A DNA stretch of 64,000 nucleotides from Lama guanicoe (GCA_013239625.1 MU054117.1:3958677-4022676), one strand, 5' to 3'. Shown: positions 25,001-39,291, counted from the stretch's first letter. The notes: generated by a model not told the origin, from the letters alone. Numbers and translations are program-made.

Positions 25001-25779
25001 GTCTTGTAGTGGGGGTGGGCTGGGAACGGGCCACGAGGTCAGAATGCGGGTCGCGATGCGTCTGAGGGTTGAGTTTCCAGGCGCGGCAGGAAGGTGACTG
25101 CACCTGTGGAGCTGGAGCAGGGCTGAAGCAGTGGGCAAGGTACAGAGACGCAGGTTGGGAGGGTTTCTTAATCTTTGATGACTTCTGGGCTGTAAGTGTA
25201 AAGCTGACATTGTGTGGATGTGTGTGTGCGTGTGCACATGTGTTATGTGTGTGCATACACACCACGGAGCTGGAGTTAAGTAACTAGGAGAAAACTGGCC
25301 TGGACCACTGGAGGCAGGTAAATTCTGGCTTTCGTGGGGTAGGGGGATGCACATTTTTGCAGGAATTCTTTGTGTCCGAGGAAGGATGAAAATTGCCTTG
25401 GATGCTTAGATGTGTATCTTAAGTTAAAAAGATACAGATAGAAGAGGGCTGCAGGCTTCGGGGGGCAGCTGGGGAGCGGGGGGAGCGTGAAGTTGGTCGG
25501 GTTCACACCTGCAGGAGTCTGCTTGCGCCGCACACACCTGCCGACCTGGAACCTCGTCTGTCCGTCTGTTCATGTGAGGGCTGATGTTTGGGAGAAATAA
25601 ACCTCATTTATTTGACTCATGACGCTTTTGAATTCATGAAATGAGAGCTGTGCCGTTTTGAGGTTCAACCTTATTTTGGGGGGAGCTCGCCTACATAAGA
25701 GGGTCGCTACAGGGTTCGAGCGGCTCCGGTGGTGGCAGTGGTTCTGAGGCCGGCGTGGTGGAGGTGAGACCCTCCCCAC

Positions 25780-25930
25780 CAGGAGAGCCTCGATTCCAGT
25801 CCGGTGCTGCCACGTGGGAACTCGGCGACTTTGGGGAAGTTTTTTAACCTCACTGATCCTCTGTCCCTCCTTTTGTAAAATGGCATGGTGTGCAGTGACT
25901 CTGTGGAGGGGAGATCACTCTGCCTTCCCC
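25780..25930 (+). mobile_element. MIR SINE (one of many further MIR/L2 remnants not listed individually)
   Basis: GCGACTTTGGGGAAGTTTTTTAACCTCACTGATCCTCTGTCCCTCCTTTTGTAAAATGG. Confidence 0.6.
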
Positions 25931-28900
25931 CCAGTCCAAGCTTGACATGTTTAGGGGTACAAAGCTGCACGGCGACTTATCCGGCGCTAGTGTGGATGAG
26001 AACCACAGTGAAAACCGGTTCTGTGCCTCGTTCTCTTTACCGCTGGAGTTGGTAAAATAGTCTTAATTCTTACCGCACGTCTACTGCTCACCCATTGTGC
26101 AGACAGGACTTTCTCTCACTGCCTCGGTTTACTCATCCCTAAAATGGGGGCAGCTACACCTAGATCCTTGTTGGTGGAAATCTGCGTCTGTAAAAGATCT
26201 TTGAACTGCTCCAAAGAAAGGTGGTCCACAAATCGATGTTATTCATCATCAGAGATCGACGTTTTCTTATTCTGAAGACCATGATGCCAAAACAAATGGG
26301 ACTTTGAGAAGAAAGAACATAGTCCTTGCTCTTGGCATGTTGGAATAAAAGAGGAGCAAAGGCCAGCCATGCTGGGTCACTAGGAAGGTCTGCGTTTCTC
26401 TGGATGTGGGTCCTTGGCAGGCGAGAGCCCGCCTGTGAGAGCCGGGGGAGGGCTTTGGATCTGGGAAAAGGCAGGCGCCCAGTGCAGCAAGTTGGTGCAG
26501 CCACTTTCCCCAGAGACAAAAATGGAGACCAAAAAAAAGAGGGCGAGGAAACCCACTGAAGCCTCCGAGCCCTCCCAGAAGTCAGCACAGGCTGTCAGCT
26601 CCTGGCTCGGAGTCAGCCTCCCTTCCCTGAGTTCAGTGGCCATAAATAGTCAGGAGCTAAGCTATTTCCACGAGGCACTAAACCAATTCTGTTGCTTTCC
26701 TTGGCGAGATCGGGCCAATTAAGTTGATTGGAAGAGGTCACTGCTGATGGGTCTCACGTTCCCCAGGCGGGACGGGCAGGCCGAGCTTAATTACATAACA
26801 TTTCCCGTCTCTGCAGCCCCACTCCCAGATGTGTCAGATGTTCAGGCCTCCCCTGCCTCCCCTCCATCCAAGACCACTGATGGAGACCGCGGCTCCTGCT
26901 CCAGGCTCCTCGGACCATGTTACCCCAGTGCTCCCACCCCAGCTGCGAGGAATGCAGATCCATGCGTTGGCTCAGGGAGAGAGGGGAGTCAGGCCGACAC
27001 AGAAGGTCTCTAAGCCCCACCACCCTGCTCCCAGCCCTCACCAGCTGCCCTTTTACTCTCTAATGAGGCAGGCAGTTTCTGGCGGTGGGGATGTTGAACT
27101 AATGACCGTTGCTAGGGTTTTTAGATTTCGTCTTATTTAAAATTGGAGTTTGTTGGAGAAGGACCAACTCTTCTGCTGGAGACAAGCCTGAGACCTGTGT
27201 GGTGCTGCTGATAAGGTGTGTGGATACACGTTGTGCGTGGAAGGACGTGTGCAGAGCGAGGGCGGAGCCCGGGCCGTGTGCGTGCTGGGGATACGTGAGC
27301 ACAGGAGGGGCCCTGGGTGGGCGGGAGGCGGCCCTGGAGCTTGTGTTTTGGGTGGCAGGTATATGGGCGCCTGGCTCAGACTGGACCGTCATCACATGGC
27401 TTCTTGCAGAGGAGCCAGCTTGTGGGAAAAGTTGGGAGTGGCTTTTTTTCCCCAGATCATTTGTACATGGGGTTGGAGGATGCGTGAACTTTCAGGAAGT
27501 ATGAGGTCAGTGCAGATGGTACCTCATTCTTGCCTGGACAGGTTTCTGTTAAGATCCAGACTGGACAAAGGACGACTTCCCGAGGACTCGCTGTCGAACC
27601 TGTGAAAGCACAGGTAGATGAGCCGAGATCTTTAAAGTCCTTTTTGCTGTTGTTGAGAGTTTTTGTTGTTGAGAGTATTTTATGTCAGCATTTCCTTCTA
27701 CCTAGAAATACCAAGGGGCCAAGTGTGATGCCTCCCTGGGTGGTTAGGAGGCACGGTCGGTTCCACATCCATGTCGGTGCTGTGGTCCCTCTCAAGCAGT
27801 CCTCGTTGGGAACCACCAGAGGTGCTCTGTGGCTCTGGGCATCCTCACAGAACAAACCTCTGACTGTCGGTGTGGCTTAGCTGGAAACAGACTTTGAAGT
27901 GAGGCTTGCTGGGGTCTGTTGTGACTGCTCACTTTTCTGTGGCCCCAAGGTTTGTATGGGTTTGTCCAGTCAGGGATTTTTGGAAGGACTGAGACTCTTG
28001 CTCGTTCAAGGGCAGAGCTGTGGTTGGGAAGCTTACTGATCTCAGAAGGTCCCAGGCCAAGGTCACCTTAGGTGGTGTGGGGCAGCAGAAAGCTAGTGGG
28101 GGACCAAGCTTGCAACAGAGCTCTGTCACTAAGCAGCTGTTGCTGTGTGACCCTGGAAGGTCTCCCCAGGCCTCGATGTGCCCATCTGTAAATGAAGGAC
28201 TTGAACCTGAAGATCGCGAAGCCCCATTCCATCTGAACCATCTGAGGATCCTACAGTAGCCCTGTCTTCCTACTTAATCAGTGCTAATGCGCTTTGCTCG
28301 GAGTGCGTCTTGGCACGCCCTAAATGAGCTCCCGTTTTTATCTTTGGGGAATGGCTGAGTCAAAGGCAGAAAGGCATGCAAAGAATTTGCCATAGTGTTT
28401 TGTTTTGGCCAAGAACACTCTCGAAGTTGGCTTGGCCTGCACAGTGTGTACAGAGCTGGGAGGGGCGGGGTCTGGCTTTGTGGTAGACCTGATGCTAATC
28501 GTCCAGCTTCCACATGAACGCCTGCTCATGTCAGGGCTTCTGACTAAGGGAAGTACCCACCTTTAAGGTGACTGATGATGGTTAATATCTGAGTACTTAC
28601 TGCGTGCCAGGCATTGTTACAGATGACGCACGGCATTATCTCAGTGCCCCAAATAATCTCTTCTGCAGGTTATGTGAGGTTAAGGGGTTCGCTGACAGAA
28701 ACACAGCTAGCTGTCGATGTGCTGGCTTTCTGTCCTGAAGCCTGTGGCCATCCGAAGCCCATCAGCGGCCAGTCAGGTTCTCTCCCTGCTTCCTGTGACG
28801 TCATCCAGATGGGAGATTGCTTGATAGCGCTCCGCAAAGCCTGTCACCCCACGGGGGAACCTGCTCCATGGAAAGGTTCATTGTCACGTGCAAGACAAAT

Positions 28901-30660
28901 GTGGAGGCTTTCTGGCCACCTGCTGGAAAGCATGTGTCAGCTCCATCGCCCTCCCCCTTCAATTCCCGTTCTGTTGACAAGGGAATCTGCCCTCCCAGAA
29001 TGGGGGTATTGATTTAAGCCACAATTGCCTCCTTGTAAACTCTACAAGACTGGAGCTGGACATCTGGTTTTGATCCACTCGCCCATGAGAGGTGGTAGGT
29101 CCCAGCATTCTTGAGTTCTGTGTTGAAGGTTGCACGGCCTCAAAGTTAAAGAGACTGGAGAACATGAGGGCTCCTCAGAATTTGGAAAATGGCTTTCCTT
29201 GGTAGGCTGGGGACCTCCCTGCATTTATACCGGGGCCATAGTGAATGTAGGTTTCTTGCTGAGCGGTTGGAGGCAGGAGTTGCTGCTGAGGACTGGGGTC
29301 CCCAGGCTCTGTTTGATGCTGGGCAGAGCTGTTGGAGAGTCCTCCAGCCCTGGCACTGGCCAGCTGCATGCGCATCTTGGGGCAACCCCAGGAGGGAAGC
29401 CAGAGGGGTTCTTGGGGTGCATGTGGCCCATGTCTGAACGGTGTGACTGAAGGCTCCTGTTTTTTCTCCCTTCTCTGACTTTCCCCCATCACCACCTCAC
29501 ATACATCTTCAAAGCAATCAAGAATGACTTTGTTCTGTGGCTGAAACGTATTTCCAATGTGCAAATAAATGTACGGTGTTAACCTAATGCCTGTGAAATT
29601 GGGGGTGCTCAAAATATGTATTTGCTTTGTTTAAAACGACTTTCCACGTGTAGAGTGACGCTTTCCTTGTTTGTAAGAGGACACTGCCCTATTACCGTTT
29701 TTTATGACAGTCAGGTCTTACCCATCCTCCCTCTGTTTTTAGGTCTGAGCCCCTGGCATTTAAAAATATCCTCCCCCTCTGGCTCCAAATCATCCCTTGG
29801 GGAATATAGTTCAAGTTTGCAGTCTGGGATTATTTCCATTCTGTGTCTAGCAGACCTACCACTGAAGGATCATGGGGCATGTTGGTCCCCTGTTTCCACT
29901 GGGTCCGAGAGGAAAACGCAGCTCTGGGAACCACCTGTTTCCCAACAGGTGCATCTCGTGGTTGGGAAGGAGCCCAGCTCCCCTGACACCTGGCTGGATG
30001 CTCAGTCAGCTCAGCCCCCTCTCCTTGCAGAGGATTCAAGCTCACTCTGGGACCTTGGGTGGATCCCTCCTCCTCTGTGGGCGCTGTTTCCTCTTACGGA
30101 AAAAGAGGGAATTGGACTCACTGGAAAGTCAAAAGGACCCTGCCGGTTGTGACAGTTCACATGTTCCATGACTCTGCTGTTCCCCGAGCCTCACTTCAGC
30201 CCATGCCTGGGATTTCCAGGTATCCCTGCTGCTCTGGGCAACTTATATGCAGAGATGTGGAGCAGGTGGAGGAAAAAATTAAGTTATATGATGCCAGAGA
30301 AGTTACTGAACATATGGATGATTGTATGTTTATAAAGTGCTGAAGAAGCAAGCTGGCCAGATTTGTGGCAGATCTTGGATGGGAAGTTGAAAGCTGAGGG
30401 AGAGGTTGAATTGGGACAAAATTCTTTTTGGGTGGCTGTGAGCAAAGTCAGACAGATCCTGAACTACGGGCAGGAGCACCAGACTCCACCTCTAACTCTC
30501 CCAGAGACTAACTGTGTAGTTTGGGGAGTCCCTGAGCTGCAGCAGCTCTCCCTCTCCGTGTGTGTTCAATGCAGAGCAAAGGGCTCCTGGCTTAGATCAT
30601 CTCCAGAGTCTTTCCTCCCTCCTAATAAAGTATGGGAATCGAGGATTAGTAGAAAAACCC

Positions 30661-30876
30661 AGATGGATGGATGGATGGAGGGAGGGATAAGGGGAAAGAT
30701 GGATGGATGGAGGAATAATGGAAGGATGGATGGATGGGTGGATAAGGGGAAGGATGGATGGGGGGAGGGAGTGATGGATGGATAAGGGGAAAGATGGACG
30801 GATGGAGGGATAAAGGAAGGGTGGAGGGATACGGGGAAGGATGGATGGAGGGAGGGAGGGAGGGACGGATAAGGGG
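30661..30876. repeat. Purine-rich (GGAT)n-derived compound repeat
   Basis: GATGGATGG runs interspersed with GGATAAGGGGAA(A/G)GATGG units. Confidence 0.9.
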
Positions 30877-33276
30877 CTATGGCTTAAATGTAGAGGGAAG
30901 CGTCCTCTGACTGCAGGGCGATAGAGCTGGCAGAAACATACGTCTGGTTTTGGATCTGAGATGGCCATGGAGGACTTACTCTGTGTGTAAACTAGGCTTA
31001 GAATGCTCTCCCTTCCTTCTTCACCAAGGACGTTGAAAGCATCCTTCACAGCTTGGCTTCACCATAGCCTTCTCCTGGCAGCACCCCCTGCATCCCCCAG
31101 GGAGCCCGGGGCTCCCTCCCAGCCTCCCCATGTTACACCACTTAGCATTCCTCTCTTTTCACTAGAAGTCTCTGCCGAGAAAGGGATCTGGTTTTTTCAT
31201 CTCTGCGTCCCCAAGGCCTTGAAATGTGTTGGGTGAATGAATGCATGATGGGTCATCAGAGAGTCCAGTGGTGAGAGGCTGGGCTCAGAGAATGAGTGCA
31301 CCTTCCCAAGGGTCCAGGGCCATGTTTTCTGTGTTCTGCTTTGATCTGCCCCAAGGCTGAGGTCAGGACTCTCCCCGCCTGCCCCCTAGGAAAGGCTGCT
31401 CTTGCTCTCTCTAGAGGCCCCTCCCTCCGGGTCTTAATGTGCCAAGCCTTTCTGCAAACGTGGGTTGTGGTCCCAGGAGAATTGGGGGTCGCAGCACATG
31501 AGTTAGAGCCATCCCTCTCTAGAGACTCGGGAAATGCGTGTCTGGAGAGTCTTCATGAAGCATCCTGTTGTTGGCTCTCAAGTCTCAGGCCCTGTTCTCT
31601 ACGCTGGGGAAGATGCAGAGGTGAAGGCCGTGGCTCGGGACTCAGGGTCAGGGACCGGGTCAGGGAGGGGGCCAGTTACATCGTTGTGCTCCAGGGAGGG
31701 GCCGCGTGAGCATGGGCGATCGTGCGGGTTCCTGACTGGACTGCTGGCTGCGAGTGTGAAGGAGGGCGGGGAACCCTCTGGGCCAGCAGTAGGCCGGAGG
31801 GTCCACGAACAGTCCTCCCTTCTGCTGCAGGACCGCAGCGTCCTCGTCCCTGAGATCCCAGGGCCAGACCAAGCCTCTGGGGATGGATGCTCAGAGCCCG
31901 TTGTGACAGGGGCCCTTGGCTACTCCCGGGGTGAGTTTGGGGAAGGTGCGCATTGGTGGGTGTGTGGGTGTGTGCGCTCACGAGTGTGCTTTCCAGAAGT
32001 GCCCTTGTAGTCGGCACAGGCAGGGGAGGGGTGTCTGCCCGAGGCCCCGTAAGCCCGGCTCCTCCCTGCTGCCTCGCAGCACAGTGTGTCTCTGTGACCA
32101 CTGCTGACACAGGGACAGACTGCCATCTACTGTCCACTCCTGTCCTGTCTGAGGCCCTCCTGCTCAGTGAGCTCCCAGGTTTGTTTTGTTTTTTTTCCAC
32201 ATCCTGTTTTTAATTGGTCCAGATGCCCACAGAAATAGAATAGACATCAGGTCCTTATTAAGTAATTTCTTTGGAATTTAGAAGGGGCCTTTACAAAACG
32301 GAGCACATCTGTTAGATTTTTTTTTTTATCTGCTTAACAAAAGTGTTATTTTAAGGGGGCCTCCTGCCTCTCTTGTTCTTAAGCGCTGTGCTGGGGACCG
32401 AGTGGAGTACCAGGACGTGGAAGGCTGGGTCCTGCCTTCAAGGGCCTTGCAGTCTAGCTGGGAGTCGGGATAGGTCGGCAGAGAAATAGACTACAAGAGG
32501 GGACGAGGTATGTTTAGTATGTGGCACGTGAGTGGCAGGGATCCCAGAGGCTTTGGGGGTTTGGAGGAAGATGGAGTCCTTGTTGGCGGGGTGATGGGTG
32601 GGCAGCTTGACCGGGCCTGCTGTTAGCAACCCCGGGGTTGGGTGAGAGGCTCCTGAGATAGCTGTGTGATGCCGCGGGTCAGAGGGCTGAGGTCTGCTCT
32701 GTCCCTGTGACTCAGGGTGTTGGCTTGCTGCCCGAGGGTCTGCCCATCCACACATCCGCGCAGTAGAAGGAGGTGGCCCCTGGTTTCCAGTTTGTCAAGC
32801 AGTTGTGGAGCCAGAGCTCCCCTTATATCCCACGCAGGGGGTGCCCCTCAAGGGGAGGTCCTGCCCTGACAGCTCCACGCACGGCGGGAGGGCGAGGACG
32901 TCCCCAGCACCATCTCGGATGCTGTCCTGAGACGAGGCGGTGGGCGTCTTCGTAGGACATGGACCATCCTTCTGAAATGTAACTGTGTTGTGCTTGAGTC
33001 AAACGTGGTTTCCCGCAAAGAAACTGCATTAGTATCTGAGTGCTGGTCACAGCCCAGGGCTAAGGTTCCTTCGTGTCAGAATTCATTCTGCCATTGCTTT
33101 TATGGAGTTTTCTAAAAAGTATCTGAGACTCTTGAAGGCCGTGGATTAAAAGAGAGAAAAGGTTGCTTTTCATAACTCACTCTCCCGTTCTTTGTCTCTC
33201 TCTTTCTTAGCATTTAAATGATCACCAAGGAAATCTTCAGTGTGTTTATTCCATGTTCTTGTCTTCTGGTTGGTTT

Positions 33277-33290
33277 GTGTGTGTGTGTGT

Positions 33291-33327
<37 letters not shown>

Positions 33328-33338
33328 CGACAGAGAGA
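33277..33338. repeat. Compound microsatellite (TG)n(GA)n(GACA)n
   Basis: Directly visible. Confidence 0.9.
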
Positions 33339-33907
33339 GGGCCGGAGCAAGAAAGGAAGATATTTAAATTGTGGTCTATTAGCAAGTCTAGGAAATCAAG
33401 TTGCATTTGGGTTGAGTTACTGATAGAGAGACCTCAGCTTGTCCCTCTAATCCTCTGACGTTTCCCTTTCACTTTTTGGCTCTTGTATGAATCGGGAATC
33501 TATCTTCCCAGCCCCCTTTCGGGGTCTCCATCTCCTTTTGGGGCTGCTGTATTAAGTTACCGTCTGTCTGCAGCAAGGCTCCTGAGTTCCTGGGGAACTG
33601 CTCATCAGAGGCACAGTCAAGGGTGGAGCCCTTGCAGAAGGTCCGGTTTTTGACTATGAGGGAAAAAAAGTTGGGGAAGGAGCCCATTTGGCATCACGTG
33701 CTCTCCTGTCACCCGGTGGTGTCTGTGACCGCTGCTAAAGAGAGTGAGCAGGGGCTGGGCTAGAGATGGAAAGGGAATTTATTCCAAGGGCGACCCACGC
33801 GGAGGGAGAGACCCAGTTCCCTGTGGTCCACATGGGAGAGTTTCTGATGGCCTGGGATATGACTCACAACCGTGGGTGATACTAGGAGCGGATGGGAGAG
33901 AGGAGAG

Positions 33908-34228
33908 TTAAATGTGCTCAGAACACTTACATTAGCCTGCAGTTGGGCAGAGTCATCTCACACACAGCCTGTTTTACAATAAAGTGTTGAATATCTCGTG
34001 TAATGTATTGGAAGCCAAAAACAGGGTGGTCAGATGGGTGACGGAATGGCTGTGAGTGTATTGTCATCATGGGGCTGTCAGGGAGATGCCAGGCGCAGCA
34101 TCCCGCCGGCCCCGGAAGAGATCAAAATTCAAAATCCAAAGTACAGTTTCCACTGAACATGTATCACCTTCACCCCATCATAAAGTAAAAAAGTCGTAAG
34201 TGGAACCGTTGGAAGTCGGGGGCTGTCC
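33908..34228. mobile_element. Non-autonomous DNA transposon, Tigger4/MER46-type (TcMar-Tigger)
   Basis: GTGCTCAGAACACTTACATTAGCCTGCAGTTGGGCA...AATAAAGTGTTGAATATCTC...AAGTACAGTTTCCACTGAA...AAAAGTCGTAAGTGGAACCGTTGGAAGTCGGGG terminus. Confidence 0.8.
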
Positions 34229-37200
34229 CTTCTTGTGTTGAGGGGACCCCTCCTGCTTCCTGTTCATCCAGCATTTGCCTCAAAAAGTGGAGACCGGGAG
34301 GGCAGATCACAGGTGCTCAGCAGATTCTGAAGTGCCCCCCAACCCCATCTACTGAAGCAGGTGTGGAGGGGGAGCGTGGGGAGCAGGGGAGAGAGAGGAG
34401 CAGAGGCCAGCATCCCAGGGTGTAAACGCTGTGTGGGCGCCTTTATGCATGCCATCTGATTAATCCCTTCAACTGCCCCCCAGGAGCAGATTTCCTCCCC
34501 GGCTGGAGGGCAGGGTTCCTGCATTGCTTTCAGAGTGCAAGATGCTCTGTGGTCTCCGAATGCACAGATTTCCTGCACTGGTTCTCCCTGGGAATTTGAA
34601 CACCAGTCAGAGACCCTACCCCGCATGCAACTGCGGAGCAGGGCTGCCAATGGCTCCACGGGAAGGGGAGTGCCTCTCTTCCCTCCTGGGTGTGTGGGAT
34701 CCAGCCCAGACACCAGGCTTAGAAGGATGGCGCATCCAGGAGGCCCACCTTGACAACGTGCTTGAAGCAGCGGGCCTCCTTGTCAGAGGGCAGTGGTTCT
34801 CCTGCCGTGTGCCTGTTAGGAAGCCCAGGCTTGCTGAAGGACAGAGGGGTGGAGAGTCAGAAAAAGAAGCTGAAAATCCAGGTCTGAGAAAGTTACGTTT
34901 CCAACCACACGTTCCCGAGTTGTGAAGTGGGCCACGTAGAACCGTCAGGGTCCCTGGAGGTCTCGTGGAGGAGAAGATATTCTGTGCATGCTGGCAGGCG
35001 CGCTGGGCTGGCTGGCTGGCTGGCGCCCGTGGCTAAGCGCATGCTTGGATTTGAGATTCTCTGACTGCCGAGTGGCCTGAGTGTAGTTGGGGACTAGGGT
35101 CAGATGGAGTGAGCCATGCCAATGGGATGTGGGGCCTGGGACGGTGGTTCACGGGAGGAGGCTGGACGGCGGTGCCGCCAGGATCTGCAGTAGAGCGCGG
35201 GGAGGTGGGTTGCACAAGACACTGCGAGGAGATTGCCCATCAGAGACAGTGACAAGCCCTGCAAAGAGCAGGGGAAGCAGAAAACCCCAGCGCTCTGTGT
35301 ACATAGCCCGCGGGTGGAGCTGAAGTCTTTTCTGGCATTGTGTGGCTTCCACCTTCCCCTCCGCCCCGCGTCACACAGTCAGCTTCAGCAGTGGCTTTCT
35401 GTCTTTAAATCAAGGGACAGTAGTGTTTCAAGGCCGGGGACCAGAAAGGAGCTGCAGCATTTCTAGCTGGGCTCCGAGCAGTTTGTTTTGTTTTCCAAAG
35501 TCTAATGTAGAACGTGTTCGCTTGGGACCGTGAAGTGAGCGGAAAGCTGATACAGTGCTGGGGACTGTCACATGCACTGACTGCAGGAGGAGTTAAGCGG
35601 TCCCCTGATAACCCCCCTGTGGGTTTATGCACAGGAGGCTTAAGGAGAAAATGCTCCCCGTCTCTTTCTGCCTTAGAGCTCACCGGGACCCCATTACAGG
35701 GACCTGCTCCGAAAATTGACACTTAAGCCAGAGGCCCCCGCTTCTGTTCCCATTCCTGTCATTCACTAAGAGTCACAAACTCTTGGAGACTTGGTGTCCT
35801 CTTTTGTAAACTGGGATAATAAACCCCGGGGGACTTAGTGTCTCAATGTAGAGTTTCAGCTGAGCTAACGCCTAGGAGAGTGTTTTGCGAGCTGGTAGAT
35901 TCCTCTGCAGGTCTGTGTTATGGTGTAAACTGGTGTGTTCTTACGCTGATAGCACATTGTTCTGTTTGGAAGGGGGCGCTCCTCCAAGTCAGGCTGGGAA
36001 ACGGTCCTCAGAAGAGGTGGTGCAGCTCCCGTGCTCCCGCAGCGCTGAGAGCTTGGGAGGGAGCCTTCGGGGGCACCAGAAGAAAAGGGAAGGCACGTTA
36101 CAGCTGTGGCTTGGAAGGATCGCTGTAGTTCCCTTTCTGACAGTGTCACCTGGGGTCTAAGATCAAGGTGCTGCCTTCTGCAAGCGGCGGCCCGTGGGAA
36201 CGCGTGCTGAGAGCGGGCAAGCACGGGCGGTCAAGGTGTCCCCCATGTTTACGGCCATGTGGGTTCCTCACCCCTTCTGCAAGGCCGGTCGCCAAGTCTG
36301 CCTTCCTCCCCTTCTGCGCCATTCTACCTGCATCCACGAAGCAGACCCGCCCCCCCAGCAGCACCCCTGGACCTGGTTGCAGAGCTCAGGGATGCTGAAG
36401 GTTTTGTTTGTTGTCTTTATCGTTACGAAAATCCCCCTGAAACACCCCGATGCTCATTTGGTGGCAGCAATGCCTAATCTCCGTGAGATGGTGACATATT
36501 CAGAGTCCTCCCTTTTAGCTGCCTCCTTGGGGTTGAGTTCTTCCCCGATTGGAGTTTGCTATTTCTTTTCACGATGCTGCCTTTCCTGGGAGGGTGGTCG
36601 GTCGTTCTCATTGCCAGGCTGTCTTCCGGGCCAGATTCTCCTGTGTTCCTTGTGGGGATTCAGTGCTTGGCTTCAGCTTCTTCAATTATCTGTGGCTTCT
36701 TGAATATTTACCTTCTTTTAGGGGTCCCTCACAGCTCCTGGCCAGTGAAAGTCTCCCCTCTTGTTGTCAAGGCGAGGCAGTAATAAACGTGCTTTTAACG
36801 TGTTTTCTGTTGTCTGTGTGGACTTGATACGGGGGAGAAGGATTTTAGTGGGTACTCTGTCTGTCATCTTGAAATGAGAATCCTTTCAAAGTTCCTAAGA
36901 ACACTTCGGACAAGTGAAACATGTAAGTCACGGGGAGACAATGGAGATAAACCTCAGACCCCACAGCGCAGTGTCTGCCCCGCAGCAAAGCTCTCTGTGG
37001 GTAGAACTGTTTGTTAGTGGCATGTTATTGTGATTAAAACAGAGCATCAGCCTGGCTTTAAACCCCATCCCCGCTTCTTAGCTTTGAGATCTTGACAATA
37101 TTGCTAAAATCCAGTCAGTTTCCTCAAGTGTGAAAGAATGACATTCTGCTGTTGGAAAGACTAAGTAAGTTATAGAAGGTAGATTCAGAGAGTCTGGAAC

Positions 37201-38489
37201 GTGGTCAGCTGTCGCTGCCGTGATATTATGAATTAACCTAGGCCGGGAAATGACCAGCTGCACTGACATCTTAGGGAATCCAAGGGCAGGAACCATAACC
37301 GCACGTCCTAAGGGGCCAACCTGGAGCCTGGAGGCCGTTCTGTCTAAGGGATGACATGGCTCTGCTCTGTCTGCCTCTGAACCCACTCGCCCAACCCCTC
37401 TCTCATCCAAGGCCTTCCAGCTGACTATCCCAGGGCCCCAGTTCCAAATTCCTTAGAGTGAGATGCTCATTGGCGCAACTGGGGTCAAAGGTTCATGCTG
37501 GTTCATTAGCCGGGGACCAGGGAGTGGGGTCACATTGCGTAGCACATGCACAACTTCAGAGCCACCCCCTCTCCTTTCAGCAAAGGTGCAGCGGCCCTCC
37601 CCAGAGTCTGGGCCTGGGGACTGGCCACTTACCCCCAGATCATCCACTGAAATGATCGGTAAATCAGGTCAGAACTGCAAACAGCCATGGGACACGTGAG
37701 GGTTGGCAGGTGAGTTTAGAGAGGGCCAGTCTGAAGAGGCCGTCCCCTCCTGGCCTGCACAGGGCCCCCCTCTGCTCTACAGGGCACAGCCGCTCCTGGA
37801 AGCTTCTGCACCGTGGGGGAGTGGGGAGAAAGAAGCAAGGGGCAAAGCGCAGACTCATATGGATGAGAAACAAGCAGACCTCAGGGAGCATCCACTCAGA
37901 GGACAGGGTACGTGTCCCTGCAAGGCTGGGTCTTGCCGAGCCTCGGCCAGCCCTGGTCTCTGTCTTTGGGTGACACTCCAATCAGAGTCTTCATCGGAGT
38001 CGATGGGCATGAGGTGGATTCTGCATGCAGTTTGCGGGGGTTGGGTGAGGTCCGGTGGGTCCAGCTCTCCCCGCCCCCTCGTGTCCACCTGCACCTTGTG
38101 TCGCCGGGAGCCTGGACCACGGCTGCCGCAGGGCAGGCCAGCATCCGCCGCCCGGCTTCGTTTCCCCAGGAGTGGAGCTGGGGATCTTCTCTGCGAGGCT
38201 GCCCCGAGCTCCGCCTCCTACATTCGGAGGCGAGATCCCCACGGTCCACATGCAGGCCCTGACTTGTGTGAGCTTCTTCCTTTTAATTTCCTGCCTTTTC
38301 GAAGCTGAACCCAAGATTAAACCGTGAAGGCCTTAGGAATAGCCAAATGGCAAAGATTCAGATCCTTAAATCCTAGGCAGTTAGAGAACCAGTTTCTGCT
38401 CCAGGAAGAGGGTTCTTAATGTGATGATTTTCAAAGATTTGTTCAGGGTTTATGGGCTCGTTTGTTAGCACACGGGGTCCTGACGCCGG

Positions 38490-38670
38490 TACTGCTCTGT
38501 GCTTGGTGCTTTGGTGTGCAGTCCCAGTCCCCTTAGCAACTTGGAAAGGCAGACCATTTCCCCCGATTCACGGATGAGGAGACAGAGACTCAGAGAAGTC
38601 AAGCAGCTTGCCCGGCGGGGCCCGGTCGACAGGCAGGGCTCTGACTCCAGGGCTCGAGCTGCCCGCCGAC
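38490..38670 (-). mobile_element. MIR SINE
   Basis: CCCGATTCACGGATGAGGAGACAGAGACTCAGAGAAGTCAAGCAGCTTGCCC. Confidence 0.7.
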
Positions 38671-38827
38671 CCCGCCGCTCCTCCGTTCAGGGTCAGATTT
38701 GCTGTCTGTCCAGGTCCCACTCACCCTTCCTTTAAATTACATACCTTTCTGCAAGAAATACACAATTTCATTGGTGAAATTTTTGTCTTACTGTCATCTT
38801 TCATCTAATTGTTAGATTAATTGTTTT

Positions 38828-38897
38828 GTTAGAGTGTAGTCGGTTTACAATGTTGTGTTAGTTTCTGGCATACAGCATAGCGACTCAGTTATACGTA

Positions 38898-38940
<43 letters not shown>

Positions 38941-39291
38941 CTTTTCACATTCTTTTTCATTATAGGCTAGTACAGGGTATTGAATGGGACCTTGTTGTTT
39001 ATCTGCTTTATGTACAGTACGTAGTATCTGCGAATCCCAGACTCCCAGTTCATCCCTTCCCATGCCCTTTCCCCACTGGTAACCATAAGTTTGTTTTCTG
39101 TGTCTGAGTCTGTTCCCATCTTGTAAAGAAGTTTATTTGTGTCATTTTTTAGATTCCATGTATGTAAGTGATGTCATATGATATTTTTCTGTCTCTTTCT
39201 GGCCTACTTGACTTAGAATGACAATCTCTAGGTCCATCCATGTTGCTGCAAATGGCATTATTTCATTCTTTTTTATGGCTGAGTAGTATTC

